In this document: positions 1-13,800 of the stretch, piece after piece
Numbering within the stretch: the stretch's first letter is position 1
How the letters are laid out: each line of letters starts with the position of its first letter
Position numbers and translations under genes: made by a program
NCBI GenBank assembly: GCA_976551045.1
Contig: CDPCPM010000016.1
Location: 29,078,001 to 29,142,000, forward strand
Direction: 5' to 3'
Source of the DNA: Glaucostegus cemiculus
Taxonomy: Eukaryota
Length of the DNA: 64,000 bases
The notes under the pieces: model-generated
What the model saw: the letters and a program-made list of their open reading frames with translations, nothing else
What the model was told of the DNA's origin: nothing
Databases searched by the model: none

Positions 1-113
1 AGAGATGCTGTGTAGTAATACGATATTATCAGAACTTGCAACAACAAAAACTTGCAGGTTTGACATTAACTTATCCCTTGTACAACAAGGAAAATACAAA
101 TAACTTTCACTTA

Positions 114-248
<135 letters not shown>

Positions 249-554
249 TCACAAATGAAAATTGCCTTTAAGCATGCCTTTACAAGATGATCTAAAAACC
301 ACAGATGGAAAATTATATACACAGGTTTATCAGGAAACAATGGACCTTCAGGTTTATATGGGGGTTATATTCAATGCACATGGTGGAAGAATAGATAAGA
401 ACAGGGCCAAATTTACTAAATCCTTAACTACATCAGTACTCAGGCACTGATGTGGAAAAGACACCAGCCAATGGTACAGAAGGGCAAGGATAACCTCATG
501 TTGTTCCCACTCAATCTATAAAATTATCATCCTGCTCCTGGTATCAGGCATTTC

Positions 555-640
555 CATGGAACTGAAACATTAACTTGATTACTTTTTCCACAGATAATGC
601 CCTGACTGGCTGAATACTTCCAGCATTTTCTGTTCTTATT
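555..640 (+). mobile_element. Short decayed Penelope-like/SINE 3' tail
   Basis: tccacagataatgccctgactggctgaatacttccagcattttctg resembles the tails at 5910-5985 and 60570-60640. Confidence 0.45.
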
Positions 641-906
641 GCCAAGATAACAGCTGAAACAAGTGCTCAGGGAATTCCCCTTGTCTTCTGTCACCTAAAA
701 TTCACTGAGGAACAGACCACTTACAGAGTGTAAAACTTTGTATTTATGTCACAAGAACATTTATCCAACTGCATATTCACTTCATGAATTAGTATACATT
801 ATTTCCTTGAGAGAATCATTCAGAACACAAGCACAGAGAACCCAAATATTAAGCTTCACAGTGAGTTAATGCTTAGTGTTTAACATAATCAATTGAAATA
901 GTTTTA

Positions 907-1011
<105 letters not shown>

Positions 1012-1984
1012 TTAACTCAAATTATTAGGTTACATACATTTCGTTATGTTTATTTATGGGAACTGACTTCAAATCTTGTCAAAGTCCAGCTGTCTGAGGG
1101 CAGCTGCTTGCTTAGTCTGGTAAAGAACATCATTTATAAAACAAGTTTCACAGACCAGCTGTTTGTTCAAGTGGATCTAGGCTATCTATAGCTCCAGCAA
1201 GTGAGGGAGTATTTTTCCTCATATTCTTTCTTCATTATTTAAGCTTTGCCTTACAACGTTATATTTCAGAAGAGATGCACACACTACAGTCGTGCAACGG
1301 GAGGTCTTGATTCACAACTTTTGCATGGTAGTAGGGGATGGACTTTTACTGGCACTGCTTCACAGGGCAAGATCCTGATCTTAGATAACAATTTGGGAGC
1401 TGTGATGATTACCAGCAGGATGGAGACTGAGAATACAAGTGAAGATTATCAAAATATCAGCCTATACTCTGCACATACACTAACTAGTCTTTGATTAACA
1501 TTAGTGACATTGCTTTTAGTCCCTCTTCAAACAGTTCATGACATAAGTGGACTTTAAAAAGAAAACAATCGACAACAATTAAAGTATGTAAAAATAGCTG
1601 TTAATAATCTTTAATTACTTCTTAAGTTGTTTCATTATTCCCACATAATGCTTGAAGCAGTTCTCTTCTGAACTGCCCCATTTTAATGGAATTATTAGCC
1701 ACACCGGCCACAGTATGAAAGTTAAAGTTATGCGACTATACAATTAAGGAACTATTTGAGTTAACTCGCACACGATTATTTTGGCTGCGTAATTCAATAT
1801 TCTATTCATTTTCTTAAATGTTTTCCAAAGTCAACCAAGATCATGCAAGGACAAATGATATAACCAGCACCTGAACTATAGTAACAAGGATCTTACTTAT
1901 AGCTTTTGGACTGATGGTAAATCATTTAGATATTGGCCATTTATCTTTTTCAATTATTTTTCAGGATTTGCTTGTTGCTTGAAA

Positions 1985-2360
1985 GATCAGCATTTATTGC
2001 CCAACCCTAAATGATCTTCAACGGAGATGTTTGCTGGGCCATTTAAAGTCAACCACCTTTGTGAGTATGGAGTCATGTAAAGACCAGACAGGCTAAGGAA
2101 GGCAGAATTTCCTCCCTGAAGGACGCCAGTGAACAACAGTGAGAACAACTCAGTGATTCTGTGGTCATCATGATTTTATTAAATGGCAGACCAAGCTCTG
2201 GAGCCAAATGGCCTACTCCTGCTCCTCTTCATGTATTCATGTATTAGTGATTTTCTTAAAATGCTAGATTATTAATTAAGTTATAATTTCATAGATTCCA
2301 TGGTGACATTTGACCTTGGGTCTCCAGATTATTGGTCTCGTGATTTAACTACTGCACCAA
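1985..2360 (-). mobile_element. Decayed SINE/LINE tail
   Basis: cagcatttattgcccaaccctaa motif recurs at about 22460, 26630 and 52255. Confidence 0.45.
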
Positions 2361-3069
2361 TGTATACCATAGAGAAGGGGGTCTAATTAAATATAAAGAC
2401 AAATTGGTAAATAATTATTTTACAGCATACCTATTACACATCAAAGTTTTCCTCTTTTTTTGTTATGTTTCATAAACTTAAACTAATTGTAAGATTGAAA
2501 TGGAGAGAGGAACATTTTTTTTTAAAAACGGCAATCCCAAACACGCAAGTTACATGCTGTTGTCTGTTGAAAAAAATTCTAGTACAAACACAACAGGGTT
2601 CATTGTATCAGGTCTTGTAGTGGTAGTTTAATCAAGTGACGAGTAAAGTCCTTGTCAAGTATCGCATCCGTTCACACATTACAGCCCTGTAGCTCAATCA
2701 CATCAATATTCTTTAAATTCCTTCATTCTCAAAAAGTAAAATATTAAGGATTTGAATTTTTGATTCAATTTCATAAAAATATATCCAGTAACTAGCAGAA
2801 CCTACAAAAAATATTGAGGTGTATTTAAGTGATGAATAAAGCTTAACAAATAAACTTTGGGTTTCCAAAAGAGCTGATTTATTTTATTAGCTCAATTTTT
2901 GCGCTGTGCTAGAGTTGAATGTGGCCTTGAGTGCTTTTCTTTTCCACTCAGATACTAGTGTACTTTGGCAAGACCTGACTGAATGAGCACAAAATATTAT
3001 ATCACTTAAATATGAGCTTTTAAACTACTACAAAAGTAATTTTGATCAGAGCAGTAATAATAACTTGAG

Positions 3070-3300
3070 ACAGAAACAGGAAGAAGCCATTTAGCAGATC
3101 ATGCCTGTTCTGTCTTTCAGTAAGATCATGGTTGACCTTTTACCTCAATGTCACTTCCCTGTGCAAACCCCATACCTTTATTTCCTTAATACTTTGCTCT
3201 TTTGTATACCAAGTGGCCGAGCCTTTGTAGCCCTCTTTGTTAGTGAATTCTGCAGTTTCACTACCCTCTGCATGAGCAAGTTTCACCTCAACTCAGTTGT
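3070..3300 (-). mobile_element. Decayed CR1 LINE 3' tail
   Basis: Similar to the antisense CR1 tails at 32050-32390 and 58045-58310. Confidence 0.5.
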
Positions 3301-4040
3301 GCACAGAACAAGCCAAGCACCAGTGGCATGGTGGATTGCTATTGATTGCACCCATTTGACAACATTTATCACAATGCACCCAGATTTTCAAGCGCAGGTA
3401 CATTAACCCCTTGTTAATGATCTGAAACTGCATTGATTAGAGGCCAAACCTCACTCAGCTCTCTTTAGCATATTGATGCTACACTTAAAGTTCAGCTTAA
3501 AAGAGTTCAAATTCAGTCAATTAATCTGCTACATGTATGCCAGGCCTCTGCCCAGCACTTAATTGAAACCACTCAATGGTCTGATTAGCTTTTTTTTACA
3601 GTAATTATTTGAACAAAATGTAAATTTAGATTAGTTTACTTCAGTAATTTCTTGGCCTTTGACCTGTCAATAACTGCACATACACAATGAATGCAACAAC
3701 AAGCAGTGTTTATCTAGCATCTTTAATGTAATAAGCTATTCCAAGGCACTTCACAGTAGTGACTTAAAACACAACTGGATGCATTAAAATACAAACACTG
3801 AAAAACTTGAGTAAAAAAAGTGGGCTTTCTGAGAACAGAAAGTAAAGTAGAAGGAGAGGGCGAGGAAAGAATTTCCACAGTTTAGGTGCTAAACAACTAA
3901 CATCTGGATTGTGAGTGGTGTAACAACGAAAACTGGTGAAATACAGAAGGGTGGTATGCATAGAGCAGTTATCTTGAAAAGTTGAGGGGCAGTAGGAGTT
4001 GTAGAGAAGAGGTAGGATGTTGATTTAATTTGAGAAGGTT

Positions 4041-5995
4041 TCACACTTCGGGCTCAAACTGCTCACTGAAACCTTGGTGGATGTTCTCCTTTGTTGTAGT
4101 CATAAGGAGGGCTGCAAAAAGCCCTTCCACCACCATCAATGCTGCCCTCACTTGAATCTCCTCCATTTCCTGCATGTCAGCCCTCATCCCATCCCAACAT
4201 AACAGGGACAGGGTTCCCCTTGCCCTCATCTACCACCCATGAGCCTCCGCACCCAACATATCATTCTCTGCAATTCCGCCAACTCCAACTGGATCCCATC
4301 ACCAGGCACATCCTCTTCTCTCCCCTCTCCACTTTCCACAGGGATCGCTCTCTCTGTGATTCCATTGTCCACTCATCCCTCCCCACTGATGACCCTCCCG
4401 GCACTTTTCTCTGCAACTGTACTAAGTGCTACACCTGCCCCTACACATCCTTCCTATTCACCATTCAGGGCCCTAAACAGCCCTACATCAATGGTGCAGA
4501 GGTTGAGAGGGTTGAGAACTTCAAGTTCCTGGGAGTTAACATCACCAACAGCCTGTCCTGGTCAAATTATGTAGATGCCACGGCCAAGAAAGCTCACAAG
4601 TGCCTCTACTTCCTCAGGAGGCTAAAGAAATTTGGTTTGTCCCCTTTGACTCCCTCCAACTTTTATCGATGCACCACAGAAAACATCCTATTTGGATGCA
4701 TCACAGCTTGGTACGGCAATTGCTCTGCCCAGGACTGCAAGAAGCTGCAGAGAGTTGTGGACACAGCCCAGCGCATCACAGACACCAGCCTCCCCTCCTT
4801 GGACTCTGTCTTTACCTCTTGCTGTCTTGGTGAAGCAGTCAGCATAATCAAAGACCCCACCTACCCAGGACATTCTCTCTTCTCTCTTCTTCCATCAGGT
4901 AGAAGATACAAGAGCCTGAGGGCACGTACCACCAGACTTAAGGACAGCTTCTACCCCACTGTGATAAGACTATTGAACGGTTCCCTTATACCGTTGGACC
5001 ATGACCTCACTATCTACCTTGTTGTGACCTTGCACCTTATTGCACTGCACTTTCTCTGTAGCTGTGACATGCTACTCTGTACTGTTATTGTTTTTATCTG
5101 TACTACATCAATGCACTCTGTACTAACCCAATGTAACTGCACAGTGTAATGAACTGACCTGTACGATCGGTATGTAAGGCAAGTCTTTCGCTGTACCTGT
5201 GAAAGTGACAATAATAAACCAATACCTTCCAGGTGAGGCAGTGCTTCACCTGTGAATCTGAGGCTGTCATTTATTTCATCTGGTGCTCCTAGCGAGACCT
5301 CCTCTACATTGGTGAGACTCGATGCAGACTGGAAGACCGCTTCATCAGGTATCTTTACTCCATCCACCGCAAAAGCTAGGACCTCCTGATGGCCCGCCAA
5401 TTCAATTCCATATCCCAATCCCATACAGACATGACCTCCTCTACTGCCACGTTGAGGCCAGACATAGGTTGGAGAAACAACACCTCATATTCCACCCTGG
5501 TAGTCTCCAACCTGATGGCCACAACATCAATTTCTCTGACTTCTGGTAACCCCTCCCCTATTCTCCCCCCTTCCCTCCTGTGTCTTTCCTCATTCCTGTG
5601 GCCCCCTATCCCCTTCTATTTCCCCTACCCCCACCCTCATGACCTGCCCATCTATTCCCCACCTCCTTCCCTTTATTCCATGGTCAACTGCCCTCTCTTA
5701 CTGGATCCCTTCTTGTGCAGCCCTTTGCCTCTTCTACTTATCACCCCTCAGCTTTCACATCCCCCCCCCGCCCCCTCTCACCTGGACTCACCCATCACCC
5801 GCCTGTGTGTGCTTCTACCCCTCCCTGGCCTTTTTATTCTGGCTTCTGCCCTCTTGCTTTCCAGTCCCAATGAAGGGTCTCAACCCAAAACATTGACTGT
5901 TTATTTCCCTCCATAGATGCTGCCTGACCTGCTGAGTTCCTCAAGCGCTTTTTGTGTGTGTTGCTCCAGATTCCAGCATCTGCAGAATCTGTGTC
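4041..5995 (+). mobile_element. Penelope-like retroelement 3' part (GIY-YIG endonuclease region plus tail), split by a Rex1 insertion
   Basis: RDRSLCDSIVHSSLP..GTFLCNCTKCYTCPY..IQGPKQ before 4481. It resumes at 5226 as FQVRQCFTCESEAVIYFIWCS*RDLLYIGETRCRLEDRF. The tail carries a degenerate hammerhead motif. Confidence 0.85.
4482..5225 (+). mobile_element. Rex1/Babar-type LINE, 5'-truncated (ORF2 C-terminus plus 3' UTR)
   Basis: VERVENFKFLGVNITNSLSWS..LYFLRRLKKF..CITAWYGN..LLPSGRRYKS..KDSFYPTVIRLL; ends gtgacaataataaaccaatac; near-identical copies at 52930 and 62850. Confidence 0.85.
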
Positions 5996-7189
5996 TACAA
6001 AAAGATTTCTCTGTTTTGGTGTTGGAGTAATGCAATGGATAGTTTCCTCCACCTCAGCAATAAAACCAATGCAGTCTGCCCTCTGGAGGTTCCATTTTAG
6101 CACTCATTTAGATGCTACGACAGGGATTTCAACTGTCACATGAATGATGGACAGTTTGAGACAGGCAGACAGGAATGCCTTTACCAAAATTTTTTTTTTT
6201 CTTCCTCTCGCTTGCTGAGTGAAAATTTAGATGACGGTTGGCAGTTATGTGCCAATTTCATTTGCATCAGCAACCAAGTAAGAACAACAGATTTAGTTTC
6301 CTGAAGATCAGCAACCAGATGGATTTTACAATAACCTGGTAATTTCATGGCACTAATACGAGCCTTCTGCACTTGAATTACCATTACTAGTGTATCAATG
6401 GGAAATGAGAGAGTTACATAGATTGATTCTTGCAAAACACTACAGACAACTTTGGAAGATAAACCACTTTTGGTGATTCTCTGTCAATGAGGAGAAAAAT
6501 AAATGTGTAATTAATTAAGTGAGGGCAATCCCATCCAGCTGGAAGAAGGTGTTCAATCAATGGCCACATGTGGGCAGTGAGGGATGAGGAAGAATAGCTT
6601 TGACATTCAGAGTCACTTGGAATGCAATTTTCAACTTCAACCAGTGCCCTCTTAAGGCAACAACTTGATTGGAGTTGGAGGAAAGATTAGCTTGGATTTG
6701 GGAAGCAATAAAAGGAAGGGAGGTTGGAGATTGGGGAAAAGCAGTGGTAGGGTATACAGGGAAAAAGAAAAGAAATTAGATACAAGATCTACGGTAGACT
6801 AAGGAAATCCCAAGAAGAATTTTGTCTTGGTGGGCTAACTGGATAGAAACAACTGAAAAGATATTCTTCTTAGTGAAAAAATAGCTCATGAGCACTTTGC
6901 TCCTTTTCTTGAAAGCCTGTACAGAGAAAGTAAAGGGGTTAAGAAGACAATTTTTAATGTGTTCTAGAAGATCATGCAAATAATCAGTTCTGATGGATGA
7001 CAACTAATGATGAATAGTTAAGTAAGTCAGTTGTCCACCATATGTTCCTTGGACCAAGTGGCAAGGATGAGAACCATACTGGAGATGATGAACAGGCCAA
7101 GGAAAGTGATAGATTAATAAAGACAGGCATTGAAGTTACAGGTGTTTAAGCACACGGGTGGCTTGCAGTAATAGGCAGAGGTGGCCATT

Positions 7190-9300
7190 CAGCTTGAGCC
7201 TGTCCCATAATTCAATGAAATCATTGTAGATCTTGACTCAACTCCAAAAAAAAAATGTTTGACTACAAGCCTCAACAAGCTTGTTTAAAAAAAACAGGAA
7301 CCTAAGATTTAAAATTAACAAGAGAGCTGGTATCAATTGCTGTCGGCAGAGTTCCAAAGCTTTACTGCCCTCTATGTGTCCCAAAAGGCCTGGCTCTAAC
7401 TTTTAGATCTTGCTTCCTATTCCTGAACTCCCAACCAACAGAAATACTTTTTCCCATATCTACCTTTTCATTTTCCCTTACAATTAGAAACGTTCAATCA
7501 AATCATTCAGGGAAAACAATACTAGTTTGTGTAAACACTCAAAATTCAATTGTTGGAGTTCACCTATAGTAAGTAGGCACAGGAGTAGGTTATTTGGCTC
7601 CTTGATCCTGCTCTGCCACTTAACAAAACCAAGGCTGAAATTCTATTTGAACACAATTTTTCTGCCTCACTCACTTATCCCTCGATTCCTCCAATATCCT
7701 TCAGTCTGTTTTTTGAATACAATCAGTTCAGCCTCCACAGTGCTTCAGAAAAGAGAATTCCAAAGATTCACCACCACTTGAATGAAGACATTTCTCCTCA
7801 TTTCAGTCCCATGTACCCTGCTTCTTATTTTGAGAATGTGACCTCTACATCGAGACTCTCTAGCCAAGGGAAATATTCTTCTCTTATCTAATATGCTGAG
7901 CTCTCTTAAACATTTTGTATGCTTCAGTGATGCCACCACGCATTCTTCTAAGCTCTGGATAATAGAGACTTACCCAGTTCAAGTTCTTCTCATCTGACAG
8001 ACCCACCATTTCAGTTTAAATTGACTTTTGTGGCAATCTCTCTGTAGTAATATATACATTTTATTTAGATAATGAAGCCAGAACGGGACACGATACTCTA
8101 GGAGTGGTCTCAAAAAGACTCCAAATAATTGTTGTAAGAAATGTTTTGTATTCAAATCCTTTTGTACAAAGAACATAGAACAGCCCAGTGTAGGAACAGG
8201 CCCTTCGGTCCACTGTCTGTGCTGACCATGATGCCAATCTAAAATAATTCCGTCTGCCTGCATCTGGTCAGTATCCCTCTATTCTGAATCAGAATCAGAT
8301 TTATTATCACTGACTTATGTGACGTGAGATTTGTTGTTTTGCAGAAGCAGTACAGTGCAAAGACATAAAATTGCTATAAATTACAAAAATAAATAATGCA
8401 TGAAAAAAAGGAATCACAAGATGGTGTTCATAGGTTCATGGGCCATTCAGAAATCTGATGGCGGAGGGGAAGAAGCTGTTCCTGAATTGTTGAGTGTGGA
8501 TCTTCAGGCTCATCTACCTCCTCCCTGATGGTAGTAATGAGAAAAGGGCATGTCTCGGATGATGAAGGTCCTTAGTGATGGACCTTTTTTCTGAAGTGGA
8601 TAAGCACACATCTTTCCACACTATACTCCATTTGCCATGTTCTTGCCCATTCACTTAGTTGTTTATACTGCCTTGAAACCTCCTGGCACTTCAATAACTC
8701 CTTATATTCCCATTTAGTTTTGCACCAGCAAAGATGGTAACATTTGGTAAATCTGTGGAGCACTTCTGCAAAGGCCAATTTATCCTTCTTTAGGTACCGT
8801 GCGATAACCTATAACCTCCTCTAGAAAAGTAGAAGTAAGTGACCAGAGGATTTAATGGGTTTCTAAAAGTGATTACAATAGTTACCCTGCAGACTTACAG
8901 AGAAGATTACATAGAACAGTACAGCCCTTCAGCCCATGATGTCTGTGCCGAACCCAATGCCAAATCTTTTCTGTCTGCACATGATCCATATCCCTCCAAT
9001 CCCAGCATATTCATGTGTCTTCCCAGCACATATATGGTGCCTCATCAACATCCTGTACAACTGTAACAACACCTCCCTATTCCTAAACTTTGCAATAAAG
9101 TCCACAATGCTGTTTTCCTTCTTTGGACCAGTATGCTAACTTTTTATGATTCATGCACTACAACACCCAAATCCCTCTGAACATTTGCAGTCTCTCTCCA
9201 TTTAGATAATAACCCACATTTTCATTCCTCTTATAAAAGCACATGACCTCACACGTCCTCACGTTAAAATTCATTGGCCAGGTGTTTGCCCAATTACTCG
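7190..9300 (-). mobile_element. Cluster of decayed antisense CR1 fragments, with an antisense Rex1-type tail at about 8285-8570
   Basis: Minus-strand remnants RGHILKIRSR..VVNLWNSL, RPLLEYRVPFW and WARTWQMEYSVERC. Confidence 0.65.
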
Positions 9301-9309
9301 ATCTATTCA

Positions 9310-9610
9310 GAGGACATCAGTTTAAGACCAGAGGAGGAAAGTTTAGGGGCAATATCAGAGGTAGTTCTTTTTATATATAAACACAGAGTGTGGCGGATGC
9401 CTGGAATTCACTGGGTGGTGGTAGAGGCTGATATAATAGGGAAATGTAAAGACTCTTAGATAGGCATGTCGATGTAAGAAAAATGGAGAGTTTTGGGCTG
9501 TGTAGGAGGGAAGGGTTATATTGATCATGTACTCAATCAGTGTTTATATAGGTCAGCACAACATGGTGGGCTGAAGGTCTGTACTGTGCTGTAACGTTCT
9601 ATGTTCTATC
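9310..9610 (+). mobile_element. CR1 LINE 3' tail
   Basis: agaggacatcagtttaag..gggtggtggtagaggctgata..gggctgaagg..ctgtgctgtaacgttctatgttcta. Confidence 0.75.
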
Positions 9611-10669
9611 CACATCCCATTGCAGAACCACAATGTTATCACTTATCCAGTCTGAAGCATACAACTCAAAGCTCCATGCATTTCATTTTGTCGATAGAAT
9701 CGTATTCTCATTATAAAGAACATAAAGTTCATGTCTGCACCATTGGTAAGGTTTTACTTAATTACTTCCTCCTGTCACACTATTTGCATAGAGTTTGGGT
9801 TTTGAGTTTCTGCTTTCAACACACTTGGGAAAACATGCCCAAATTGTTTAAAGTTGCAGTGTTTAGTTTCCAGTTCAAATTATTACTGAAATTTGTGTAA
9901 AGTCAAATGTAAGATTTCTGAAGAATCAACAAAAACAATCACAACAATTTAATGCAATTTATTTTTCTTCAATTAAAAGGAATCCTTTGATGTACTTGTG
10001 TGGATACCTGGTGCTATTTTATTAATATAGCTGCTAATGGGTTTAAACATCAAAAATAAGAATATTTATTGAGAATACCATTCCTCCTGAAAGGAATAAT
10101 ATAATTTAAAAGCAATGAAACTATATATATGTATAAAATCGACACACACCATACATACACACATAGTGTATAATTTCTTAGCAAATTAATTATTTTTGAT
10201 AGGAAAATACTTTTGAAACCTCCCAGGTTATGGCTGTGCTTTAAATAAATACAATTTAAAGATTTTTTCTGAACCAGAGCAATTAGCAGAATTCCAACAT
10301 GGCAGCATATCATTTCTGTAGATGGAGCCTGATTTGAGCAAATGGAATCTTTAAGAGGTGTAAAGGATGGACATGAATGGCTATGGGCATCATTCATATT
10401 TAAAATGTCCAATATTTGCATTGGTTTCATCAGCATCACCCGGACTACTTTGCTATTACTAGTTTAAGTGTGTGGAAAGGGCATTCAATCAAGTTGCTGG
10501 TGAAGCGGGATGGGTCCAAAGTATGAGGCAGTCAGACATACATGAGTGAAAACAAGAAAAGGAGAGTCCTGCACCAAAGTACATACCTGATTAAAAGCCC
10601 AATGCATGTGTCACATAGCATGATATGGAGGACCAAACAGAAAGTGCATGCAGAAGTTATGCTACAAAT

Positions 10670-11045
10670 ACCTGATAGAGCTATATGAGATCATGAGGGG
10701 CATAGATAGGGTGAAAGGACATAGTCTTTTTCCCAGGGAGGAAATGCTAAAAACAAGAGGGCACAGGTTTAAGGTCAGGCAAGAGATATAATAAAAGGGA
10801 CATCAGGGGCAGCTTCTTGACACAAAGGGTGGTGTGTATTTGGAATAAGCTGCCAGAAATTGTGGTTGAGGCAGGTGCGTTAGCCATGTTTAAAAGCCAT
10901 CTAAATAGGTACATGGATAGGAGAGGTTTAGTGGGTTATAGGCCAAATGTGGGCAGATGGGACTAGCTTGCTGGACAACTCAGTCAGCATGGATGCGTTT
11001 GGACTGAAGGGCCTGTTTCCATGCTGTAAGACTCCACGACATTAT
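10670..11045 (+). mobile_element. CR1 LINE 3' tail
   Basis: Remnant of LIELYEIMRGIDRV..KTRGHRFKV; same subfamily as 42790-43150. Confidence 0.8.
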
Positions 11046-11243
11046 AAAATATAGATACATATTGGAGAGAGAGACACAAGCAAAAGGTGGTCATCACATT
11101 TTCTGTATACTTCATACCTCCCTATATAATGCATACTCAATACAGGAAATTAAACCGAGACAGTTGTTTTTATTAAACCTATGCCATTTCTCTAGAATTC
11201 CATCCCATCAATTGGACTGTTTTAAATAAAAGCCTTAACAAAC

Positions 11244-11358
11244 CTGTTAATTCATCTGGTGTCCATGCATAGTTGCGAGTAGTTTTCTCAGAAGGAGTTC
11301 CTGTGGCAGTGATCATCCTCACACTCGGACTAGATGAACGGCTGCTATTTCTGCTGCC
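11244..11358 (-). CDS. MAP3K7: MAP3K7 exon 14 (115 nt)
   Basis: atccAG|[38 protein letters not shown]+G|GTttgt; phase 0-1; acceptor chosen because it keeps the frame. Confidence 0.92.
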
Positions 11359-13676
11359 CTGGATGTGTGAACAATAGAAGTCAAACTAAAATTCCTTATG
11401 ATAATATTGCTTTAACAAATCAAATTTCCTATAACATTTCAACAGTAAAAAGTGGAAAAGCAATCACTGCGGCTGAGTTTGAATTGCTTTACAAATATTC
11501 TTTAGTTGTTCTGAAAGGTGCTGCCAACATAAATTCTGAATTGATTTTACCACTTTATCAAAAACTACAATTAGTTTTGAATTCAAATACTTAAAATTCA
11601 CTCTGCCACATGATAAAAATCCATAAAAATAACTTCCCCATTACAGGGGAAGAAAACAAATAGGAAAAAAGGATAAAACTAACTAATTTTACAACCATTT
11701 TGTGATTTGTTCTATATGATTTTCTATATATTTGTTTGAGGAAAGTTAATCTTGCTAATTGTATCCAGTATATATATCATGGGATACAAAATCAAATAGT
11801 GATGGGGTGGTGATCAGAAAATAGCAAGAGCCTGAAGTTGTAAAATATGATGAGAGATTACAACAATTATCTTCTGATAACAGAATAAATAAAAAAAAAC
11901 ATGCTTTATACTCTTTCTGTGGATCACTAAGTATAACCAATGACTGAGCCATATAAGCTAGGAAGGTCCTAACTTGATCATCTTGTTAAATCCATTGTTT
12001 TCCTGTAGACAGACAATGGAATAGAGGAAGGAAATGTGCAACAATTAGCCTCAGTATCATTTTGCAAAAGAAATTTAGCCAGGTCTTTTGTTCCTGATGG
12101 CTATCTAGTGACCCCTGCCAGATGCAGATGTGTCAGCAGCAGATGAGAGCAAAATTTGGCTTGGTTACATTTTTTTTTAAAAAACCAGAGTAACTGTCTA
12201 ATAATTCCTTGGAACACATGAATAGGGCCCAAGGTGGCTGTACAATTTCATAGTAAAATGTACAGAATCATGGAATGTGATATTCAAAATGTTTTGCAGT
12301 CTTGGCATCCCTTCTAACCTAAATTAAATCTAACATAATCAAACATGATGAGCCAGTAATTTCAATAATTTACCATTCAGATAGGAACAACTTTGTGCTT
12401 GTGAAATTAATGCTTTTAAGAGCGGGATAAGAAAAATAAACTTCTCACTTTCCCAAACACAAAATCTCCAATTTTCCAGATTAACACAAATTTAAGTTAC
12501 CCAGTATCGCATTTTATCCAGGGAGTCTATTATGTTTAAAAAAGACTGCAAAGTACTGCAGAAATCAGCAAGTTTATATCCAAATTACTAAAAGTTTGTC
12601 ATACTATGATGCATGCTTAACTTATTATTTTGCCAGTTGATTAGTATTCAAAATCTTGGTATTCAGGTGCAGAGATAAAATTGAGTAGAAACATAAAGAG
12701 CAGAATTATTGGCTGTAATTATAAAAAGCAAATAGTTTCTATTCAGTATTCATATTTTGGGCTGAAGCTAGAGAAGGGCTGAGAATAAAAAAATCTTTGA
12801 AGTGGTGTGCAAGGAAGAAAATAGGAAGCTTAGAATTAATTTATTTGATGCAATTTAGCAAGCAACAAGAGGCACATCAGACTTGCAATGTTCAACATCA
12901 CAAAAAAGGAAAATATTATAAGATTGCTCCCCAAATCAGAAGTATACATTGTGCCAATAAATATATATAGACTATGTTAAAAGCAATGTTATCATGGGGC
13001 ACAGATGTTGCATCATTTGATTCAGCCATTATCTTTTAATCATTGCCCCATACACTTGTTTATACTGTTCCCTAATACTCTAATAGTGCAGTTGCTGTCT
13101 GAGAGGAATCATATGCATGTGAAAAGTACAGAATGGTGCAGATAAGGTACAACAATAATATAACAAATTAAACTAGCAGCCATGAAGTTAAATAAGTGAG
13201 AGCTAAATGTTAAAATAAGTGCAAGGAAATACTCCTAAACTAAGAAAGGTAGATATATGATGGAAAAATATAAATAAAACATTTGGGTAATCAATAGCTC
13301 CACTTAAAGCTCCAATGCAGGAAATAAGGAACTAGACTGATGAATTGATGAACTACCATTGGTCCGTTGTCATACATCCTCCTCTGCTTAAAAATGTTCA
13401 CTATTTCTCCAAACGATGCAATGGTCTCCAGCTTATGATTTTACTGGAATGGGAGAATGTAGCTCATAACTAAGTTGCTGCCGATCAAGCATCTGGTGAA
13501 AATTTTGATAATAACAAGTCAAAGTTTATCTACCATGTTACTCTTAAATACATGAAAAACTTCTAATACATTATCTGACATTTAAAAAAATTCTTGATAG
13601 CTTAATATAATTAAACAATTTTGGGATCATGTTGGCCTAAGAGATGCTATGAGATTTAAAAAAAATAATGTCTTAC

Positions 13677-13741
13677 CTGATTAGACTCAGTTCCAATAAT
13701 TGTTAAGTCCTGAATTGACCTGCGCCTTTGCTGTTCACTGC
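13677..13741 (-). CDS. MAP3K7: MAP3K7 exon 13 (65 nt) with RRRS phosphosite motif
   Basis: ctcagcAG|(G)SEQQRRRSIQDLTIIGTESNQ|GTaaga; phase 1-0. Confidence 0.95.
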
Positions 13742-13800
13742 CTGCTGAGCAAAAAACAGGCAATAATAGTCCAGCAGCAAAATAGTACAAGCACAACTGC

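Noticed and set aside
4482-5000. DUF1891/ALKBH8-N-like host protein
   Set aside because: Multi-copy in this window, with a LINE 3' UTR; it is a Rex1-type ORF2 C-terminus.
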